Virus record (IMG/VR): IMGVR_UViG_3300047319_001031
Location: 4,754 to 68,753 of that record
From: a virus
DNA: 64,000 nucleotides
Strand: one strand, 5' to 3'
Each line of letters begins with the position of its first letter. Position 1 is the stretch's first letter. The notes under the pieces are model-generated. The model worked only from the letters and a program-made list of their open reading frames with translations, was not told the DNA's origin and made no database searches. The position numbers and the translations under genes were made by a program. This document shows positions 38,845 through 48,010 of the stretch, in pieces.

Positions 38845-39095
38845 TGGGTGGTTGCAGCGGCCGACAGTTGCTTGGGTCCACCCGGCTCTCCCTCGATGAA
38901 GGGGATGTGCGGCGTCTTGCCCAGCAACTTGTTGTATTCCATTTCCAACTTGACGGTCGATAGAATCTTGCCGGTCGCATTCGTCACCGCATTGACATTC
39001 GCAGCAGTCGTTGTTCCGGTGCGGATCTTGGCGATCTCGTCGGCCAGAATGGCTCGCAAATCATCGATGGTTCTGATTCCTGCCACGGTATCCAT
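38841..39095 (-). CDS. small helical protein
   Basis: DLRAILADEI...KILSTVKLEMEY. Confidence 0.65.
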   Translation of the reverse strand: MDTVAGIRTIDDLRAILADEIAKIRTGTTTAANVNAVTNATGKILSTVKLEMEYNKLLGKTPHIPFIEGEPGGPKQLSAAATTQ

Positions 39096-39630
39096 GGTGG
39101 TAAGCCTCTCTTTTTAAGATGAGATAAAGCCGGTAGCATTCAACGAAGGACTCCGGCAATTCCTTCACGGGCAAATTGTTGACGTAAGCAATGTACCCTC
39201 GCGTTAGTTGCTCTCTTACTCGTTGCCTTTGGTCGCGTTTGGTTGCTGCAGCCTTCTCTGGGTGCTCTGTTTTCCGGCGGGTATGTTTCCGCTTAGCTTG
39301 CTCCGGGTGGGCTTCTTGGTATCGTTTCCGGTACGCGGCTTTCTGCTCGCGGTGAGTTCGTGAATATTCTTTGGCTCTGATGGCGAGACACAGCTTGCAC
39401 TGCTTACGAGAATTCAGATTCTCTGGCGTTCGTTCATGCCCGCGTATGCAATGCGTAACACGCTCATGCAATTCGAGGCACATCTGCTTGGGCTCAGCGC
39501 GCCAATATTTTTTACTCCGGATAGATCGGCACAGCTTGCAATTCCTGTTGGCATCAAGATTCTCTGGCGTTCGTTCATGCCCGCGTATGCAATGTGTCCT
39601 ATTGCGGGCGTTCATTGCTGGGACGTTCAT
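39061..39630 (-). CDS. basic protein with tandem THCxRGH Zn-binding repeats
   Basis: THCIRGHERTPENL..CKLC x2. Confidence 0.7.
   Translation of the reverse strand: MNVPAMNARNRTHCIRGHERTPENLDANRNCKLCRSIRSKKYWRAEPKQMCLELHERVTHCIRGHERTPENLNSRKQCKLCLAIRAKEYSRTHREQKAAYRKRYQEAHPEQAKRKHTRRKTEHPEKAAATKRDQRQRVREQLTRGYIAYVNNLPVKELPESFVECYRLYLILKREAYHHGYRGRNQNHR
39416..39594. repeat. 38-bp direct repeat
   Basis: AGATTCTCTGGCGTTCGTTCATGCCCGCGTATGCAATG at 39416 and 39557. Confidence 0.9.
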
Positions 39631-39633
39631 TGC

Positions 39634-39903
39634 TTAAGCCTTGATCGCCCCACTGTGGGTGCGTGCGTACGAACGATTCTTGTGCGCGCTTTCGATCCGC
39701 AGGTTGCTCGCCACGTTGGCGCCGCCCTTGCTGAGCGGCTTTCGGTGATCGACATCCTTGCCGTCGAACGGATGCACGAGACCCTTCTTCATTTCCAGTC
39801 GCCGTGCTACATGTCGTTCGGCGTTGCCCACATCCTCGCCCCGCGCCTTAGCGGTCTTTTCTTCCTGCTTGTAGTCGCGTTTGTACCCGGGTGCGCTAGG
39901 CAT
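39634..39903 (-). CDS. HNH endonuclease
   Basis: DVDHRKPLSKGG.N...NL......NR. Confidence 0.85.
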   Translation of the reverse strand: MPSAPGYKRDYKQEEKTAKARGEDVGNAERHVARRLEMKKGLVHPFDGKDVDHRKPLSKGGANVASNLRIESAHKNRSYARTHSGAIKA

Positions 39904-40084
39904 TTTGCGTCTCCCTGATTAACGTGTAGCCATCTTTCTTCACCTTTTCCTTGGTGAAGCCCTTCACTTCGAACCTGCCGTGCCGGCCCTGCAACGTGGC
40001 CGTCTTGTTGGTCGCGTTGAACTTCAGGATCTCGTAGCGCAGCGACGGCTGCTTAACACAAACGAGAAAGAGCTTTTCCTTCAT
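39896..40084 (-). CDS. hypothetical protein
   Basis: MKEKLFLVC...; start approximate. Confidence 0.5.
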   Translation of the reverse strand: MKEKLFLVCVKQPSLRYEILKFNATNKTATLQGRHGRFEVKGFTKEKVKKDGYTLIRETQNA

Positions 40085-40252
40085 CTCCGTCGAGCCTCCG
40101 CAAAACCGAATCAAAATACTCCAGCGTGGCAGCATCCATCGGGCAGCGCTTCTTGCGCACGTTCGCGATGTACTTGGCCCGCATCGTGCGCATCAGCAGT
40201 CGCATGCTGTTGACTGTGCTCATCGTGTTTTTGCTTTTCAAAATCTCTCCTT

Positions 40253-42130
40253 TTATTTTGCTTCGCCGTAACGGACGGCCACCGTGCCTTCCGCTGCCAC
40301 TGGCAAGTCCGGCGCCCACGCAGGCGGGATGCTCAGTGCAGCGTTGGCGTCCTTCAGTACATCACCTGCAGCGTCTTCGTCGGCGAGGAACACGCCCTCG
40401 TCGTGCGTCGACATTTTCCAATCATACTTCTGCGACACATCAAGCAGCTGGTCCATGACTATTATCTTTGCCAGTGCTTGTACCACGTTCTCGACTATCT
40501 TACCGCCATACAATTTACTACGCAAACCTCGACTGTTGACTGCAAATGACCACTCCCTATCGTCTAGGTCGTACCTCAGATCGGGATACTTTATCCGCAA
40601 CATGTTGGGGAGAACGATCGAGTTCTTGTCGAGCGCGAGCACGCCCCGGGGATCGAGCTGGCGATCGCCATCCGGGCCGGCAGCGATGGCGCCGAGCGCA
40701 TTCTGGGCACGGTTCCACAGCTGCACCACCATAGGATGTGCCTGCCGGTAGGTCCGCACACCATGCTCAGACTGGGCGTCGGTGAGATCCAGCCCGCCGA
40801 TGATGCGCGCCGTCTCCTTGAACTTGGGTGGCCCCATGCCGAAACCGCACCCGAGCTTCACGTGCTTGCCCGTCTTGCGCTCTTCTTCATTGGATAAGGT
40901 GATGTCCCGACCATACAAACGACTGGCCATGACGCAATACACATCCGGCCCCTCGCGGCGATCGTAGCGACGATAGACCTCCACCATGTCTTCTTGCATC
41001 GCCAGCCAGTCGAGCACACGCGACTCGATGTTGCGCGAATCGATCACCACCAGCAGCTTGCCCTCGGGAGCGTAAATTGCATCGCGCAGCTCACCACCAT
41101 GGAAGCTGCCGTTGATGCGCTTGCGTCGCGACAGGTTCTGCCAGTTGAGCTTGTCGCCACCGGACACGCGCATCGTTTGCATGGCGCCGGCATACTTGTA
41201 GTAGATGCACGCGGGGCCACGGCTCGCCATGTCGGCCATGCGTCGTGCCCGCGTCTCGTTGATCGTGGTCTTGTTGCCCAACCGCGCTGCTACCAGCGTC
41301 TGCACGCGATCGTCCTCGTGCTCTTCCAGTGCCTGCAATTCCGGATCGACCTTGGCGAACGCCCACGTTGGCTTGCCGGTTCGCGGCGAGATCTTCTTCG
41401 GTGGATCGACACCGAGACGCTGCAGCGCTTCGGCGAACTTGTCGTTGCTCATCACTTCATCGAGCGTGACACCAGCTTGGTAGAGCAGGGTGAGCTTTTC
41501 AACCTGCAACGTCTGTGCGTAATCACGCAGCAACTCTTCATCGAGCAGTAGCTCAGGCTCGGTGAACATGCGGATCAGCTTGTCGATCTGCTTCAGCTCC
41601 GATTTCGGAAAGCCGGGGAGCATGTGCCAAGCGAAAATGCGGTAGGTCCCCTCGACGTCGTCGCAGCAGTAGCGACCGTAATGCATCAGATCGTCGCTGC
41701 AAGTGGGATCACCAAAATCAGCAAGCCGCTTGTTCTTGGCTTGCACAAGGTACGTGCCTTTGGTGATACCTACTGGATAGAACTCTAAAAGTTTCCCGAG
41801 CGACCCACCCACGTCAATACCGTGAATCGCACGCGCCATAGAGAGAGTGTCAAACCAGACACGTGGCCGATGCCCGAAATGATGCGATAGGATAAGCCCG
41901 TCGAAGTGGGCGTGATGACAAAGTACAGCGTTGTTCTCGATGTCAAGCGAATCGAGTACCTGCTGAATCGCTGCTCCCCCGACCACAAATTTCGTGTGAC
42001 CGTCATCAACCTTGTACCCCAGCAGGATGGCTTCAAAGCGCGGATCACGGATGTAGGCTTCGGTGGTGAGCTGCTTGAGTGTGTAGTCGTCCGAATAGTA
42101 CGTTTCGAAATCGAGCGTGATGAGTTTCAC
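40253..42130 (-). CDS. DNA polymerase family A (3'-5' exonuclease plus polymerase)
   Basis: ExoI DFET; motif A DSRNIESR; motif B RKTGKHVKLGCGFG; motif C HDE. Confidence 0.92.
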   Translation of the reverse strand: MKLITLDFETYYSDDYTLKQLTTEAYIRDPRFEAILLGYKVDDGHTKFVVGGAAIQQVLDSLDIENNAVLCHHAHFDGLILSHHFGHRPRVWFDTLSMARAIHGIDVGGSLGKLLEFYPVGITKGTYLVQAKNKRLADFGDPTCSDDLMHYGRYCCDDVEGTYRIFAWHMLPGFPKSELKQIDKLIRMFTEPELLLDEELLRDYAQTLQVEKLTLLYQAGVTLDEVMSNDKFAEALQRLGVDPPKKISPRTGKPTWAFAKVDPELQALEEHEDDRVQTLVAARLGNKTTINETRARRMADMASRGPACIYYKYAGAMQTMRVSGGDKLNWQNLSRRKRINGSFHGGELRDAIYAPEGKLLVVIDSRNIESRVLDWLAMQEDMVEVYRRYDRREGPDVYCVMASRLYGRDITLSNEEERKTGKHVKLGCGFGMGPPKFKETARIIGGLDLTDAQSEHGVRTYRQAHPMVVQLWNRAQNALGAIAAGPDGDRQLDPRGVLALDKNSIVLPNMLRIKYPDLRYDLDDREWSFAVNSRGLRSKLYGGKIVENVVQALAKIIVMDQLLDVSQKYDWKMSTHDEGVFLADEDAAGDVLKDANAALSIPPAWAPDLPVAAEGTVAVRYGEAK

Positions 42131-42178
42131 GAGTGAAAAAGGGGAGTGCGGCTACACACCGCACCCCCAACGGCTTCT

Positions 42179-42778
42179 TTACTTCGCTGCGCTGACGTAC
42201 ACCAGCACCGGCTTGGTGCCAGCACCTTGCCACAGGATCGCGGGCTTGGTGTTTGGCGGCGGGGCAGGTGCGTCACCCTTCGGCGCCGGTACGTGCGCAC
42301 CAGTGAGCGCAATGATCAGCGCTGTACCAGCAGGCAGTTGCGGCAGGTAGATCGGAAGATCGATGCCGATGTCCGGATTGGGTGGAATGAAGATCGGCTG
42401 ATCCGGTGGAACACCCGGCAGCGTGTTGTCGGTTCCCGGTGGCAGCGCCGGGGGCCACATGCCCGGTGGCAGTACGATGGGCACTGACGGACGTACAGGC
42501 GGGACGGGCAGCGCGTTGCCGGGGCGTCCTTCCCAGCTGCCGGGTGGACGGTTACCGGGGTGACCCGGCGCCCATGGCAGATCGTGATCGGGGCGACCGT
42601 AGCCGGGCAGGCCATGGCCGGGATGCGGCAGGGTGCCGATGCCGTAGTCGGGATCACCCGGCGCAGGCATGCCGCCACCGAAGCCGGGATCGACGCCACG
42701 TACCGGATCGACAAGGTACAGGTCGCCGCCTACGGATGTAACTCGTGCGAAAAAGCGTTGCATGTTGTTCCTTTCCAT
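42179..42778 (-). CDS. Pro/Gly-rich repeat protein
   Basis: PGHGLP, PDHDLP, PGNRPP, PGNALP, TDNTLP units. Confidence 0.7.
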   Translation of the reverse strand: MERNNMQRFFARVTSVGGDLYLVDPVRGVDPGFGGGMPAPGDPDYGIGTLPHPGHGLPGYGRPDHDLPWAPGHPGNRPPGSWEGRPGNALPVPPVRPSVPIVLPPGMWPPALPPGTDNTLPGVPPDQPIFIPPNPDIGIDLPIYLPQLPAGTALIIALTGAHVPAPKGDAPAPPPNTKPAILWQGAGTKPVLVYVSAAK

Positions 42779-42927
42779 TAGTGCATCGGGTTATGAATGA
42801 CGACGTTAGGATTTTCAACGTCGGGTTGCGGGTTGCACCAACAGGTGTACCCCACGCATACGTGCTCACGACCATCGAACACCGGGTAGATATGCTGGTA
42901 ACTACCGACCTCGGCATCGTCGGTCAT
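42778..42927 (-). CDS. small His/Cys protein (49 aa)
   Basis: HIYP..D..EH...CWC.P...IH. Confidence 0.6.
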   Translation of the reverse strand: MTDDAEVGSYQHIYPVFDGREHVCVGYTCWCNPQPDVENPNVVIHNPMH

Positions 42928-43091
42928 TTGAAAAAGACTTCGCTTCCTCGGAAGAAAATCTGCACGAGAATCAGCAGGGCCAGCGCGAGCCAGCCGAAGT
43001 TCGCGGGCCGGATCGTGCTCGATCCCTTCCACGCTTCGATCAAGGCGAAGACCAGCGCGAAAACTAGAACAACGAGGGCAGTGACGTTCAT
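42924..43091 (-). CDS. two-TM membrane protein (55 aa)
   Basis: GGAGG RBS; two hydrophobic segments. Confidence 0.7.
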   Translation of the reverse strand: MNVTALVVLVFALVFALIEAWKGSSTIRPANFGWLALALLILVQIFFRGSEVFFK

Positions 43092-43095
43092 GGTG

Positions 43096-43341
43096 TTACC
43101 TCCGTTCCGTGTTGTGTTCCGGCTCGATGTTCTCCGTTGGTTCAATCGAGAGAGCACGCTCTGCTGCTGCTTTACAGCCAGCGCACGCTTGCAGCCGGCA
43201 CCGACTGATCACCCACAGTGTTTTCTCCATACGCTTGCAGCGTTCGATCAGTAGATCCATCGTCGCTGCCGTAACAATGTCCTGATGGTCGCGCAACCAC
43301 CGCGCCTGCCGCTGCGCCACTGCCAGATAGTCGGCCATCAT
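43096..43341 (-). CDS. hypothetical protein
   Basis: Packed ORF. Confidence 0.55.
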   Translation of the reverse strand: MMADYLAVAQRQARWLRDHQDIVTAATMDLLIERCKRMEKTLWVISRCRLQACAGCKAAAERALSIEPTENIEPEHNTERR

Positions 43342-43346
43342 TTGAA

Positions 43347-43913
43347 TCAGTCGTCGCGGCGCTCATCACGCTTGGTCTGCCGATCGTCTTGGCGTGCGTC
43401 GCGCTCGCCCTTCCGCTCGTCTTGCTTGGCATCGCGCTCAGCTTTCCGCTCGTCACGGCTACCACGATCAGGCCGCTCGTGGCCGGGAGTTCCGGGTACG
43501 AAGCCGGGCGGTGTTTCAGGCTCGGGTGGCGGCACCACACCATCCTTCGATCCCTTCACGACCAGCAGCGATTGATCGGTACAGATGACCACACCCGATG
43601 GGTGTCCGTTCTCGTGCGCGCCGTAGTCGTAATACGTGCCGGTGAAAATGTCATAGCGCGGCGGGCCGTTGCTCGCCATGACAGCGTTGTAATCCGCGTT
43701 GCTCATGAAATCGAGAACTTCCAGATCGCCGAACTTGTAAATGAAACCGGCAGCGACCGCTGCCTGTTGTCGATGGCCGGGGATGTTCTGCTCGCCGCCC
43801 GTGACCGGCAGTGTCTTCGACCAGTCGGTCACCTTTTTTCCGAGATCGGTCAGGTGGCGTTGTGCCGACTCGCCGTGTTCAAATTCGACCATCACTTCGT
43901 CGAGATCAATCAT
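43347..43913 (-). CDS. hypothetical protein with charged repeat tail
   Basis: AGGAG RBS; DERK.ERDA repeats. Confidence 0.7.
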   Translation of the reverse strand: MIDLDEVMVEFEHGESAQRHLTDLGKKVTDWSKTLPVTGGEQNIPGHRQQAAVAAGFIYKFGDLEVLDFMSNADYNAVMASNGPPRYDIFTGTYYDYGAHENGHPSGVVICTDQSLLVVKGSKDGVVPPPEPETPPGFVPGTPGHERPDRGSRDERKAERDAKQDERKGERDARQDDRQTKRDERRDD

Positions 43914-44317
43914 GTTGACTCTCCTTTGGGGGATTCACTGCTTACAGCATGAACATTGGTGTCAGCAGGATGCGTAACCAAGTGGTCCATGTGTTCCTCG
44001 GTGGGTGGTACGGCGAACAGAGGGGTATTCTGCAGTGCCTTTTCGTATGAGTCAATGCGATCGATGAGGCCAACGTAGCCAGCGACGTCAATTAGCGAGT
44101 CACGATGGCGTGGTGAGTGCATCAGCCGTGCCACTTTCATCAGCACCATCATCATGGCAACATCTTCCACCGTGAGCGACAGCGCCACGTGGTGTTTCCG
44201 TTCGATGAAAACGCGCCACAGCTCGGCGATGTTTTCGAGGTTGACGCCCGGGCTGCCGTAGGTCTGCTCGCGATCGCCGTGGATGATCTCGTGCGCTTCG
44301 GTGAGGATGTCTTTCAT
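43910..44317 (-). CDS. DUF6378-like protein
   Basis: ILTEA..IIHGDRE..YG.P...K.AR...DS.IDVAGY; start approximate. Confidence 0.8.
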   Translation of the reverse strand: MKDILTEAHEIIHGDREQTYGSPGVNLENIAELWRVFIERKHHVALSLTVEDVAMMMVLMKVARLMHSPRHRDSLIDVAGYVGLIDRIDSYEKALQNTPLFAVPPTEEHMDHLVTHPADTNVHAVSSESPKGEST

Positions 44318-44392
44318 GCAAACACCATAGGTAATGACCACATGCTGATGTGGTCAATAGTATAGTGGGATTGGTACTGCTGAGGTAAAGCT

Positions 44393-44414
44393 CCCCCCGG
44401 GCGGCCGGGGGGTT
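44393..44414. terminator. GC hairpin after micro-ORF cluster
   Basis: CCCCCCGG-GCGG-CCGGGGGG; no clear U-tract on the - strand. Confidence 0.45.
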
Positions 44415-44417
44415 AGA

Positions 44418-44564
44418 TCACTTCGGCCATCTTCCTGAGCGTGAGTGTTGCCACGACCAAGGCATAGGTTGAGATCCGCCTGTTCGTGACGCACCGTACG
44501 GCCATGTGCCTGACTTCGACACGGACAGCATCCACTTCCATCGCCAAGGCGGAAGGAAGATCAC
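44418..44564 (-). CDS. MI-head Ser/Arg/Trp micro-ORF (48 aa)
   Basis: MIFLPPWRWKW...WSWQHSRSGRWPK; GTGA overlap. Confidence 0.55.
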   Translation of the reverse strand: MIFLPPWRWKWMLSVSKSGTWPYGASRTGGSQPMPWSWQHSRSGRWPK

Positions 44565-44698
44565 CGCGTCGACTCCGATCGGATGCGCGGGCTCGACCGA
44601 GACCGGCACCACGACCAGCACACCGGGCCGGTGCGCGATGCACAGCGTGATAGGCGCTCCAACATGGTCCGGGTCACCCAGCCGGGGAAGCGGATCAT
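44561..44698 (-). CDS. MI-head Ser/Arg micro-ORF (45 aa)
   Basis: MIRFPGWV...WSWCRSRSSPRIRSESTR; ATGA overlap. Confidence 0.55.
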   Translation of the reverse strand: MIRFPGWVTRTMLERLSRCASRTGPVCWSWCRSRSSPRIRSESTR

Positions 44699-44826
44699 CG
44701 CCAGCTCACTGATTTCGCCGTGGCTCGCCCCCTTGCCGCTCCTGACCACGACCACGCCTGCCCTCGGAACGACGAGACGTCCTTCCGCTTGTTACCCTTT
44801 GGTGTGACAGGAAGTAGAAGGATCAC
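44695..44826 (-). CDS. MI-head Ser/Arg micro-ORF (43 aa)
   Basis: MILLLPVTP...AWSWSGAARGR...SVSWR; GTGA overlap. Confidence 0.5.
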   Translation of the reverse strand: MILLLPVTPKGNKRKDVSSFRGQAWSWSGAARGRATAKSVSWR

Positions 44827-45218
44827 GCCGCCACTTTCTTCTTCGGCCGCTTGGTGTGGGCCTTTTCTGTAGGGAACACCGAGCGCACTTTGCCATGCTT
44901 CTTACCGTTGACCTTGGCCACCACCTTGGCCTTGGCTGGCTTGGCAGCGCGCGGTGGTTGGTGCATCACCATGTCGTCTGGTAGGCGCCACAGCCGCATG
45001 CCCCCTTGGTCCTTCCGGATCATCACCTGAATGTTGAGCTTCTTGGCCACACGATAGAAGCGCGTGGCGCGCTTGGCGATCGGCGCATCGAAGTAGATGC
45101 TCTCGCCCGGCTGCAGCGCCTTCAAGAGTGCAATGTTGTGCCCCTGCCGCGCTGCTACCGGTGGAATCGGAACGTTCTGTTCCACCGTGAAACCGTAAAC
45201 AATTCGCTTGCTGCTCAT
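44823..45218 (-). CDS. putative DNA-binding protein with Lys-rich tail
   Basis: VEQNVPIP...LQPGES...MRLWR; AGGAG RBS. Confidence 0.7.
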   Translation of the reverse strand: MSSKRIVYGFTVEQNVPIPPVAARQGHNIALLKALQPGESIYFDAPIAKRATRFYRVAKKLNIQVMIRKDQGGMRLWRLPDDMVMHQPPRAAKPAKAKVVAKVNGKKHGKVRSVFPTEKAHTKRPKKKVAA

Positions 45219-45271
45219 TTTATAGTCCTCTCCTTTGTAAGCCATGTGTAAGGTGGGATCACCTGAGTAAG

Positions 45272-45568
45272 TTAGTCGGGTACCTCTGTTGCCGGTGGTA
45301 TTGCCACCGACCCTACGATTTGCCCGGCGTGCATAATTGCCACTTCCGGTGCAATTATAGATTGCGTGCGACAAAAGGCAAGTATGTCAGCTATTGTAGT
45401 ATCCAACCCTACAAGCTCAACAAGTGGCGGGGTGGCTCTTACGAGGGTCAACCGGTTGGCCCCCCGGAAGGCGTCGACGCCCATCGCGACGCATAGGCGG
45501 GTCAGCCGAGTCTCCGTCCTAGTAGCTCGCGCTAGTATTTCTTGTAGCATGTTGTGGTCATTTGCCAT
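45272..45568 (-). CDS. hypothetical protein
   Basis: AAAGGA RBS; RTETRLTRL. Confidence 0.6.
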   Translation of the reverse strand: MANDHNMLQEILARATRTETRLTRLCVAMGVDAFRGANRLTLVRATPPLVELVGLDTTIADILAFCRTQSIIAPEVAIMHAGQIVGSVAIPPATEVPD

Positions 45569-45740
45569 GTTGCTTTCCTTTGGTAAATGCTGATCTATCG
45601 TGGCTACCGGATAGAGATGTAGAAAAAGACCACGCGTGCATCGAGCACCACAGTTTAGTAGAGCCCGAGTGCGATCGCGAGACCCGTACGGGCAGCAGCT
45701 TAGTGTTCCGGCATATCAGCCATGGGGGCAGGGGGATCAT
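45558..45740 (-). CDS. MI-head Ser/Arg micro-ORF (60 aa)
   Basis: MIPLPPWLICR...SRSHSGS...WSFSTSLSGS. Confidence 0.55.
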   Translation of the reverse strand: MIPLPPWLICRNTKLLPVRVSRSHSGSTKLWCSMHAWSFSTSLSGSHDRSAFTKGKQHGK

Positions 45741-45895
45741 CGCTGCGTCTTTCTTCCTTGTTGCCTCGATCCCGAGTACGCCATTGAACGTGCTCCATGC
45801 CACGATGCAAACCCCGACGTGCGTCGCGTTGCCGATCCTGATCGAGACGCTCGGGGTGCCCGTTGCGTAACGGGCCAAAACAGAATCAGGATCAT
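45737..45895 (-). CDS. MI-head Ser/Arg micro-ORF (52 aa)
   Basis: MILILFWP...SRSGS...YSGSR. Confidence 0.55.
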   Translation of the reverse strand: MILILFWPVTQRAPRASRSGSATRRTSGFASWHGARSMAYSGSRQQGRKTQR

Positions 45896-46035
45896 CGCGG
45901 CCCCGATTTCGATTGAACATACGATCGCGATCTAGCTAGGCCATTTTTTGTTCCTGACATTGACCATGGACGTTTGACCACGCCCGATCCTGAACGTGAC
46001 CCTCTTGCATTCCACCATCGAGGAATAAAAATCAC
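45892..46035 (-). CDS. MI-head Ser/Arg micro-ORF (47 aa)
   Basis: MIFIPRWWNARGSRSGSG...RSRSYVQSKSGPR. Confidence 0.55.
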   Translation of the reverse strand: MIFIPRWWNARGSRSGSGVVKRPWSMSGTKNGLARSRSYVQSKSGPR

Positions 46036-46844
46036 GCCGCCCTCACGCGAATGTTACGGTGCTCGGTGCGCACCGTCTTTGTGTTGAACCACTTCGGATC
46101 GCCCAGCTCGGCGCGCAGCAGGCAGTTGATCAGGGCCTCGGTGGCGCCGATGGGATCGGCATGCTTGGTGGCTCGTCCAACCCGCCCGTAGCACGCCCGC
46201 CCAAGGGGCGAGGTGTTCGTGGCGCAGCGAGCGATGTCAGCGTGGTCGGCCTGTGCATCGAGCAGCCTGAACAGCTCGCGTCTCGCCTCGTGGCCATCGG
46301 GTGCTGAGGCGTACCCGTCGAATCCGACCAGCTTCGGAAACTCGCCCAGTACCAGCCGGGCAAAGCAGGCGTTGCGGAAGTGCTCGCCGATGCGCCGCCG
46401 CTCGGCCTTCAGCTCGGGCTTGACCCGGATCTCATCTCGAACCTTGACGATGACGTTCTGCACGGTGCCATCCGGCAGCACCACGATCGCTCGATCCATG
46501 GGCCACCAGTCGCCGTAGATGTCGCGGAACACCTGCTGTCCGTGCTCGACGCCTACTGAGAACGGTCCGTGCTCGCTGGTGCAGCTGCGCGTGATGTTGC
46601 TGTCCCAGTCGTTCACGATCACCGTGCCGTCGCGAAAGAACTGCAGGATGTCGGTGCGGTAGAGCCGCATGCACATCGCGCGCTCGTACTCGTCGCTCAC
46701 CGGATGGATGTACTCTCTGGATCGCAGTCCATAGTTTTTGCTGCGGCCCTCAGCGATCAGGACCTCGGGTTTATCCAACAATAGCTCAGCGATACGGTCG
46801 TAACTCAACCGCCCACTGATCTTCAGGCTCGATCTTCCGTACAT
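46032..46844 (-). CDS. hypothetical protein (270 aa)
   Basis: ACTAAAGGA leader; RLYRTDILQF..DG. Confidence 0.75.
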   Translation of the reverse strand: MYGRSSLKISGRLSYDRIAELLLDKPEVLIAEGRSKNYGLRSREYIHPVSDEYERAMCMRLYRTDILQFFRDGTVIVNDWDSNITRSCTSEHGPFSVGVEHGQQVFRDIYGDWWPMDRAIVVLPDGTVQNVIVKVRDEIRVKPELKAERRRIGEHFRNACFARLVLGEFPKLVGFDGYASAPDGHEARRELFRLLDAQADHADIARCATNTSPLGRACYGRVGRATKHADPIGATEALINCLLRAELGDPKWFNTKTVRTEHRNIRVRAA

Positions 46845-46877
46845 GGTTTTCCTTTAGTAAATGGTTTGCTACACCTG

Positions 46878-47453
46878 TCACAAAACCTGTTGCGCCAGCT
46901 TCACCAGCTCCAGCACCAGCCGCACGCGAGCATCGTCATCTGCTGAGTGAATGCGTTTGGCGTAGACTTTTTTCTCCGCGCGTGCCGGTATGGCATCGAG
47001 CGGGAAGCTCCCCACCAGTGCTGGCAGCTCCGCTGCTGATCCGTTCCCGTTGACTGGATGACCATTGCCGGGTAGACCAGCTGCCTTGCGCGCGGCTACG
47101 CTCGCAGCGAAGTTTTTATGCTGCTCATCAGTCCACGGGTGCCCGTTTTTTCCGTACTTCAAGCCCGTTCTGGCTTTAACAAAATTGGCGCGGTGCTCGG
47201 ATGTCCAGATCTTGTTGTTGGCCTTGTCGGGCTTGCCAGCCACCTTGCGCGCTTTCAGACCTTTGGCAATATTCTCCGCATGCTCCTTCTTCTTCGCTGC
47301 ACTGCGTGCTGCCATGGTCGCGGAGAATTTCTTGTGCCGTTCCGGCGTCCATTTCTGCGGATGCTTTTTCATGTATGCCTTCACTCGTTTTGAGGTTGCT
47401 GCTCTTTGCTCCGCGGTCCACTCGTAGCCACTATTTTTCGTAGCCATCATCAC
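46878..47453 (-). CDS. basic protein with WT.E.R repeats (NUMOD3-like)
   Basis: WTAEQR, WTPERH, WTSEHR, WTDEQH. Confidence 0.7.
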   Translation of the reverse strand: MMMATKNSGYEWTAEQRAATSKRVKAYMKKHPQKWTPERHKKFSATMAARSAAKKKEHAENIAKGLKARKVAGKPDKANNKIWTSEHRANFVKARTGLKYGKNGHPWTDEQHKNFAASVAARKAAGLPGNGHPVNGNGSAAELPALVGSFPLDAIPARAEKKVYAKRIHSADDDARVRLVLELVKLAQQVL

Positions 47454-47686
47454 CTCAAGAAGTCAATGGAATGAACACGTCGCGTGTACTGCCCGAGCAT
47501 GCGCCCGGTCGTGGCGTTGTAGACTTCGATCGTGGTACCGATCTCTGCCCAGCGCGCCTCGATCAGAGCACCAAGGTGCGCGTTGCGATCGTGTGCGTAG
47601 TAGCGGTGTGGCAGGTTCTCCTTTCTCACAGCATCCCAAAGACGAAACGGTCGGACTGTTTCGTAATCGATCTCGGGGTACTTCAT
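47450..47686 (-). CDS. hypothetical protein
   Basis: Coupled ORF. Confidence 0.65.
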   Translation of the reverse strand: MKYPEIDYETVRPFRLWDAVRKENLPHRYYAHDRNAHLGALIEARWAEIGTTIEVYNATTGRMLGQYTRRVHSIDFLR

Positions 47687-47713
47687 GATGATGTCACCAT
47701 CACTGCTCTCCTT

Positions 47714-48010
47714 TCATCGTTGTTGTTCAACTGCAGGTAGTGCTGCCTTCATCGTCTGCACCCACTTTGCTACATCATCAGCGGCAAGCAGCATCTGGTT
47801 GCGCTTGTAGGTCTTGCCGCAGATCTCACCCGCCCGCCTGAGCATCGCGGTCGGCGTGTAAGCACGGTTGACCTTGATGCGATGCTTGGCATAGAGCCGC
47901 ATCGCTGAGACCAGTGTCGCTGCTGCGTACAGGGCGACCGCATCGGGTCCATAGAAGCCCGTTGCATGGCCATCGGGTCCGTATTCGATGTGGCTGTCTT
48001 TGTCGCTCAC
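47714..48010 (-). CDS. hypothetical protein
   Basis: Coupled ORF; GKTYKR. Confidence 0.65.
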   Translation of the reverse strand: MSDKDSHIEYGPDGHATGFYGPDAVALYAAATLVSAMRLYAKHRIKVNRAYTPTAMLRRAGEICGKTYKRNQMLLAADDVAKWVQTMKAALPAVEQQR

